Shown: piece after piece, positions 53,208 through 64,000 of the stretch
How the letters are laid out: each line of letters starts with the position of its first letter
How positions within the stretch are numbered: the stretch's first letter is position 1
Origin: Macrostomum lignano
Lineage: Eukaryota
Direction of reading: 5' to 3'
DNA length: 64,000 nucleotides
Assembly (NCBI GenBank): GCA_002269645.1
Contig: NIVC01002921.1
Span: forward strand, 62,001 to 126,000
The notes under the pieces: generated by a model
Databases searched by the model: none
Told to the model about the DNA's origin: nothing
The model's input: only the letters and a program-made list of their open reading frames with translations
Program-made: the position numbers and the translations under genes

Positions 53208-53860
53208 TCAGCCGACGATCCAGACATCGCCAGTCTCGTTGGCGAAAGCGGTGGCGAAGCTGCTGATGTGGCAGAGGCCGCTGCTGCTGTTGAAGCGATA
53301 GGAGGAGCAGCTGGCAGTCCGGGCGCAGAAGGCGGCGCACTGCATCCGGCTCTGCGTCTTGACGTCCCAGCCCAGTGAGCCGGCGAATGCAGCGGTGGTG
53401 ACCAGCGGAGGAGCGGCAGAGGCGGCGAACTTGCGAAAATTGATCGGTGATCCTGAAACCGGAGAATGATGAGGTTGGACATCGCCGAGTTGAATACCAT
53501 TTAACATACCAAAGCACTCGGTAGCGTTCGCTCACTCGTTGGCTGAAAATTCTCGTAGATGGAGTTTCTGAACCCTCCGCCGCAGATCTGGCCAGCATTC
53601 CCAGAGCAGCTGGTGCTGCACTCAGAGTCTGGCGCGGGACCCCAGGAGCAGTAGCTGGAGCCGCACATGCAGTGCCTGAAATGCTACAGTCCGAAGTACC
53701 GGAAGCCGCCATAGACGCAGATCTCGCTGCTCAGCTCCACCGTCATGTCGGCTCTTTTTACAGCCGCCTGGGCCATGTAGGTGACGCTGAACGGGCCGAG
53801 CTGGACGATGCCAACGAGGCCAGCGACCCGGAACTAAGCAGAGCGGCCATCGCAACAGGT
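53208..53860 (-). pseudogene. WSC-PAN pseudogene (copy D); PAN exon still open
   Basis: Near-identical to copy B, but has a 73-nt deletion removing TPVYVGCF..RDL (frameshift) and a CAG>TAG at 53684-53686. Confidence 0.85.
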
Positions 53861-54632
53861 AACGCATGCTGAGCACGGATACGTAGACTAGTTCGGATAG
53901 TGAGCCTTCTTCTCCCTTTGCACAGAGAATTTGAGAGTTGCTGCCTTTATTCTGGTGGTGGAGCAGCAGCACTGCATGTTGCAATGCGTTTCTCACTAAG
54001 AAGAATTTTGCTGGGTTCACAAATATAGACAGAGCTGTTAAGCTGGAATCCTAGAGAAATTTGATTCTCCAGGTCTCAGTTGCCTGTCAGAGGCTCACTG
54101 ACACAGAGGGTCTTCAACTACCTAATTGGATTCGATTCCGTGTTGGTAGATGATGGCAGCGGTTCTGCCTGACGATCTGCGCTGCACTCAGCTCAGCTGC
54201 ACTATCTACCTACAACAGTAACTTCTAGTGGTCCTTGACTCCGCTATCAGCAGATCGAGGGCTATTTTCATGTAATCAGTCTAGGATGCAGGTTGGCTGA
54301 TCAGCTGCTGAGATCATCAACCTCTCCCTCCGGCCTCAGGATTTGTACGGTATTCATTCAGTGCGAAGTCACGTTTCTGAAGTCTTAACCAATAACTGTA
54401 TATACTACAACCGTCAACAAAATATTGAAAAATTTTAATGACGATTGCCTTATTCTAGAGTTTCATACGCTCGTAAAAGGTGAAAATCGTTTTCGGGTCA
54501 CTCATAATATATTTTCAAAATAGAAAGTTTCTCTTCCAAATTGTTCCTTACATCGAAACGCGTTTTGTATTTGGGCATTCCCCGATATAATCACTGCTGT
54601 GTTTCCAAAGCTCCAAAAAACAGCTCTGAGAC

Positions 54633-55412
54633 TCAGCACAAAATCCACACATCGCCAGCTTCTCCGCTGATGGCGGTGGCGAAGCTGCTGAGGCGGCAGA
54701 GGCCGCTGCTGCTGTTGAAGCGATAGGAGGAGCAGCTGGCAGACCGGGCGCAGAGGACGGCGCAGTCATCCAGGCTCGACTTGACGTCCCAGCCCAGTGA
54801 GCCGGCGAATGCAGCTGTGGTGACCAGCTTTGGAGCGGCAGAGGTGGCGAACTTGCGGAAACGAATGCCCGGAATGGCTGCAATTCAGGGAATTGAGATT
54901 TCGCAGTAAAAAATCATCGATTTCCAAAATCTAGGCGGGCAGTAAAGCATTGTTAACGCACAGAGCTAAACAGCAGTGGCACACTTACAGGACGAGTACA
55001 CATTCTCGTAGATGGAGTTTCGCCAGGCTCCGCCGCACATCTGCGCGGAATTTCCGCGGCATTTCTGATTGCACTGAAATTCCGGCGCCGGACCCCAGGA
55101 GACGTAGCTGGAGTCGCAGCTGCACTCCGAGTTGCTCTGCACTGCCATGTAGCGGAAGCCGCCATAGATGCCGATCTCGCTGCACAGCTCCACCGTCATG
55201 TCGGCTCTGGAAGCGATGCCTTGGCTCACGTGATTTACTCTGAATGGGCCGAGCTGGGCGATGCCAACGAGGCCCTGCATGTCTCTGTTGGGCGGCCCTC
55301 TGTCAACAAAGCAGCCCACATAGACCGGAGTGGCCTTGCGCTGGCACAGAGACCCGGAGATCAGCAGAGCGGCCATCGCAACAGCCGCTATGCCAGTTTT
55401 ATTGAGAGGCAT
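54633..55412 (-). CDS. Secreted WSC + PAN/apple-like protein (copy E); exons ~55412-54989, 54877-54633
   Basis: Open WSC exon and a 111-nt phase-1 intron (T|gtaag..ttgcag|CC). PAN exon reads SIPGIRFRKFATSAAPKLVTTAAFAGSLGWDVKSSLDDCAVLCARSASCSSYRFNSSSGLCRLSSFATAISGEAGDVWILC*. Start codon uncertain (55412 or 55376). Confidence 0.8.
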
Positions 55413-55839
55413 CTTCTTTCTGCTAAGGTTAATATTTTTGACAGCAACAGCCCTTCCTTGGTCTGAATTTATCGTCAAAAATTCCTTTGGCCTGCACCAC
55501 GCTGTCTCGATCGCAGTCGATTGGGTGTAAAGAAACTGCTGGTTGGCAGATGCGGCTCAAGCTTTCTTCTAAAGAAAGACATCTGACTTAGCGGACGTCT
55601 CTCGGAATTTTGAAAGCAATCAACAAGAACGTTGATAGGGTTAAGGTTAATTTTTTTCTATGAATACTAGAAAATAGAGTCATGGGTAGAGCAGGAGTGA
55701 GAAACGGGAACTGTCAGGAACAGGTGTCGGAGTTGACGGACGTGGGAGAGTCTGCACTAGCTGGCAGGTGCTGGCTGATCGGTGAAGAGGCGCAAACCGC
55801 ATCAAGTTGAAGTTCTTCTTAGCTGTCTTGATAGGCTCC

Positions 55840-56435
<596 letters not shown>

Positions 56436-56959
56436 AGCAAAGTAGACACAACCATGCCATTTCTAACAGGCAGTTCCTTTGCACTTCCCACACAGCGTAT
56501 CTGCATCCACCTGATCTCTCACAGCCCCATATGTCATATATTTATAAATAAGCATCGGGACTGCTCAAGCGGAATGATGGGGCGCACGCGCAATGGCACA
56601 GCGACACTGACGGACGTGATGAGGCTAGTGAAGCTGCATGGATAGACAAACAGAGATCACAGGTGAAGCTAAAGGCTGCCTATGCTAAAAAATCCGGATT
56701 CTCCGGGTTCGATGGGATGGCTTGAGCTCAAGCTCAATGACACTGTGCTCGGGCAGTTTGGGGCGCTGTGCTTCGCTCCCATATGGTTTGTGGGATGCGG
56801 CAGTCAGGGACGATGCTGAAACGAGAAGCAACGGATGAAAGAAGAGACAGTCCGGGCTTCCAGCGAGACTATGAGATGAGAGCTGTTATTATACTCAGCA
56901 ATATTCGGTGCAATACAATAGACTGGGATTCTGAGAGTTAAGCTTAACCCGCAGTCTCA

Positions 56960-58040
56960 TAGGCAGTGAGATACACTGCAGTCTCAGTGAGATACACTGC
57001 AGTCTCATTGAGATACACTGCAGTCTCAGTGAGATACACTGCAGTCTCATTGAGATACACTGCAGTCTCAGTGAGATACACTGCAGTCTCAGTGAGATAC
57101 ACTACAGTCTCATAGGCAGTGAGATACACTGCAGTCTCAGTGAGATACACTGCAGTCTCATTGAGATACACTGCAGTCTCAGTGAGATACACTACAGTCT
57201 CATTGAGATACACTGCATTCTCATAGGCAGTGAGATACACTGCAGTCTCAGTGAGATACACTGCAGTCTCATTGAGATACACTGCAGTCTCAGTGAGATA
57301 CACTACAGTCTCATAGGCAGTGGGATACACTGCAGTCTCAGTGAGATACACTGCAGTCTCATTGGGATACACTGCAGTCTCAGTGAGATACACTGCAGTC
57401 TCAGTGAGATACACTGCAGTCTCATTGAGATACACTGCAGTCTCATAGGCAGTGAGATACACTGCAGTCTCAGTGAGATACACTGCAGTCTCATAGGCAG
57501 TGAGATACACTGCAGTCTCAGTGAGATACACTGCAGTCTCAGTGAGATGCACTGCAGTTTCAGTAAGATACACTGCAGTCTCAGTGAGATACACTGCAGT
57601 CTCATAGGCAGTGAGATACACTGCAGTCTCATAGGCAGTGAGATACACTGCAGTCTCAGTGAGATACACTGCAGTCTCATAGGCAGTGAGATACACTGCA
57701 GTCTCATAGGCAGTGAGATACACTGCAGTCTCAGTGAGATACACTGCAGTCTCAGTGAGATACACTGCAGGCTCATTGAGATACACTGCAGTCTCAGTGA
57801 GATACACTGCAGTCTCAGTGAGATACAATGCAGTCTCATTGAGATACACTGCAGTCTCAGTGAGATACACTGCAGTCTCAGTGAGATACACTGCAGTCTC
57901 ATAGGCAGTGAGATACACTGCAGTCTCAGTGAGATACACTGCAGTCTCAGTGAGATACACTGCAGTCTCAGTGAGATACACTGCAGTCTCAGTGAGATAC
58001 ACTGCAGTCTCAGTGAGATGCACTGCAGTCTCATAGGCAG
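56960..58040. repeat. 21-bp minisatellite (gagatacactgcagtctcagt)n with 27-bp variants
   Basis: Direct tandem repeats; this explains the ETAVYLT ORF. Confidence 0.92.
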
Positions 58041-58671
58041 TATGATAATGGAACATAAGCCAGCAGGCATCGAAAGTCAGTGGAACACATGAGCAGTCAA
58101 AAGCAAAACAGAGAATTAAAAATCCAAGGCAGTCAAAAGCAAACACCCAGCAAAGGCTGACATTTGCTTCATGCTTCACTGCACGGGAGGCATTTTCTCT
58201 GCGTTAATTCTCGATTCAGCTGTGTGTATGTGCAGGGCACTCACTGAACCGGTTCGCTCCACTCAACCTGTGATAATATTTAACAATAAAAGCATCATTG
58301 CGCTCTACCTAGTCTACCCGCTGCAGTCTACTGTCTTTGACCCTCTCTTCTTGGGCTTCTGTCAGGCACGCACCACCGAAGTCTTCATAAGATGGAAAAT
58401 TGCGCCCTCTATTCAAATATTTACACTGCAAATATTGAAATTTATGTTCATTTTTATCATTGATTTATCTTGCCCAAACAAGAAATTATACAGGATAGTT
58501 AGTGCACTTGTGGCATGTAATAAATATTGACTAAACCAATTTCAACTTATTTATAAAATTAAGTAGCAACTTTCTTAACAGACTACTGTCCAGCATCTAA
58601 GTAGTAAAAAGTAAAAATTCATAGTTTTTGCTAAGAAAACGACAAAGAAATTTTCGCGCAGCACATAAAAA

Positions 58672-61660
<2,989 letters not shown>

Positions 61661-62419
61661 TTTCCTTGCCTTTCCTTCACTCTTACCCTCTCTCCCTCTC
61701 ACCCTCTACCCTTTCTCACCCTCTCCTCTCTCTCACCCTCTACCCTTTCTCACCCTCTCCTCTCTCACACCCTCTACCCTGTCTCAACCTCTACCCTGTC
61801 TCATCCTCTCCCCACTCTCACCCTCTACCCTCTCACCCTCTACCCTGTCTCACCCTCTCCTCTCTCTCACCCTCTACCCTGTCTCACCCTCTCCTCTCTC
61901 TCACCCTCTACCCTTTCTCACCCTATCACTCTGATTGAAGTTTCTGCTTATTTGCCCTTTTTGAGCCAAATCAGTACGGTGAGGTACGAGAAGAAAACTC
62001 CATCAGAGTGAGAGTTGAACTCTAAATAATTCTTTCGTCAGTCGCGTAGTTCCCAAGCCTTCGGTTGTGCATCTAGCAAAGCCGACGTATTGCCATGCCA
62101 TTTTTAACACGCAGTTCCTTTGCACAACCCTTTGGCATGTCTGCACCCACCTGATCTCACACAGCCGCCATACGCCATGTTGCTATTGATATCTATAGAT
62201 ATTTATCAATAAGCACCGCGGCACTGACAGAGATGATGACGCCAAGTGAGGCTGCATGGATAGACGAACAGATATCACTGGTGATGCTCAGGCTGCCTAT
62301 GCTAAAACATCCGGATTCTCGTGGATGCGGGCCGCCCTGTTATCTGTTCGACTAGACGGCTTGAGCCGCATCTGCCCACCAGCAGTTTACCCCCCGAATC
62401 AACAAAACTGCCTTAGCAG

Positions 62420-63032
62420 CTGTAGCGGTGGCCGCTCTGCTGATCTCCGGGTGCAAAGCCACTCCGGTCTATGCCGGCTGCTTTGTTGACAAAGCGCCAG
62501 ACGATAGAGACATGCAGGGCCCATACAAAGTCACCTACAAGAGCCAGGGCATCGTGTCCAGAAGCGACATGACGGTAGAGCTGTGCAGCGAGATCTGCGT
62601 CTACGGCGGCTTCCGGTACTTCGGACTGCAGCATTTCCGTCACTGCGTGTGCGACTCCAGCTACGGCTCCTGGGGTTCCGCGCTGGAATCCGTGTGCAAC
62701 ACGCATTGCTCTGGAATGCTGGCCAGGTTTGCGGAGGAGAAGCTTTAATAAGAGAGACAAGTGAGGTCTATGCTCTTAAAATTTCCATTTCAGATTTGAA
62801 AATGCTCGCTTTCGCAAGTCGCCGCCTCTGCCGCTCCTCAGCTGGTCGCCACTGGCGAAATCGCCGGCTCCTGGTACGTCAAGACGCAGATCCGGATGCA
62901 GTGCGCCGCCTTCTGCGCCAGACTACCAGCTGCATCTTCTATCACTTCAACAGCAGCAGCGGCCTCTGCCGCCTCAGCAGCTTCGCCACCGTCTTCGCCA
63001 ACGAGACTGGCGATGTCTGGATCGTCGGCTGA
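62420..63032 (+). pseudogene. Inverted, degenerate WSC-PAN copy (F)
   Basis: WSC motifs (YAGCFVD, MTVELCSEICVYGGFRYFGLQHFRHC) with internal deletions, a frameshift near 62712-62720, no clear ATG, and a frameshifted PAN exon. Its 3' flank matches that of copy D. Confidence 0.8.
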
Positions 63033-63499
63033 AGACCCAAGCGCTGGCAGCATCTGACCGCCAGGAACTGCCGTATGAGGATGTAACACTCCTGTTTTTC
63101 AGAAACTTTTTTCCTTCAATATATTGAAGCTGAGCTATCGAGAAAGAAACAATAAATCAAGAGCAAACCGTCAAACCGATCATAATTGGAGAGAGCTTTG
63201 CGCGGCCTGATGAGGCAGTTAAAGATTAGAGAAGGAGTAGAGAGTGAAACTTGACTGACAGAGTGGGGGCGGGCAGGGAAGTTGGGTGGGCGACCATCCT
63301 CTTCACAAGTTTGCCAAACTCCGCAATTTTGCGTTTGTCACCCTGCAACACATGTGCAAGTATCCACCTCCGCAACCAGCGCTTTCATGCCAGACGCTCT
63401 TCTCCATCATATCGATTTGTACCGAATATAACTTATAGTTTTTATGAAAAATTGTATGAAAAACAGTTTTGAATAATTTGAGTTTTGTTCTCCTCCTCG

Positions 63500-64000
63500 A
63501 GTCTCCCTTCTCTTCTCCGATTGAGTCTCCCTGCTCTTCTCCGATTGAGTCTCCCTGCTCTTCTCCGATTGAGTCTCCCTGCTCTTCTCCGATCGAGTCT
63601 CCCTGCTCTTCTCCGATTGAGTCTCCCTGCTCTTCTCCGATTGAGTCTCCCTGCTCTTCTCCGATTGAGTCTCCCTTCTCTTCTCCGATTGAGTCTCCCT
63701 TCTCTTCTCCGATTGAGTCTCCCTGCTCTTCTCCGATTGAGTCTCCCTGCTCTTCTCCGATTGAGTCTCCCTGCTCTTCTCCGATCGAGTCTCCCTGCTC
63801 TTCTCCGATTGAGTCTCCCTTCTCTTCTCCGATTGAGTCTCCCTGCTCTTCTCCGATTGAGTCTCCCTGCTCTTCTCCGATTGAGTCTCCCTGCTCTTCT
63901 CCGATCGAGTCTCCCTGCTCTTCTCCGATTGAGTCTCCCTTCTCTTCTCCGATTGAGTCTCCCTGCTCTTCTCCGATCGAGTCTCCCTGCTCTTCTCCGA
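63500..64000. repeat. 24-bp minisatellite (gattgagtctccctgctcttctcc)n
   Basis: Direct tandem repeats running to the window end. Confidence 0.92.

Noticed and set aside
56944-58179. 411-aa (ETAVYLT)n ORF
   Set aside because: Reading of a 21-bp satellite; no supported start or splice context.

Overview
Eukaryotic (animal) genomic DNA with GC-rich exons, GT-AG introns and many intronic or intergenic tandem arrays. The style is reminiscent of the flatworm Macrostomum, but this is inference only. The left half holds five + strand genes whose exons I joined in frame by hand: an alsin/ALS2-like gene (RCC1-DH/PH-MORN-VPS9, 8 exons), RRP36, TMCO4 (DUF726), and two tandem paralogous small secreted 8-Cys proteins I do not recognise. 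A 6-kb 23-mer satellite follows, then a - strand Smaug/Vts1-type SAM-domain, Q/H-rich gene. From 45.7 to 63 kb lies a birth-and-death cluster of two-exon secreted WSC + PAN/apple-like genes: three apparently intact copies, two pseudogenes (one inverted), one orphan but open PAN exon with an intact acceptor, and one 5' remnant. Smaller elements include a MITE, a tRNA-SINE and a motif-dense promoter/LTR-like block. Most long ORFs in the supplied track are artefacts of satellites.
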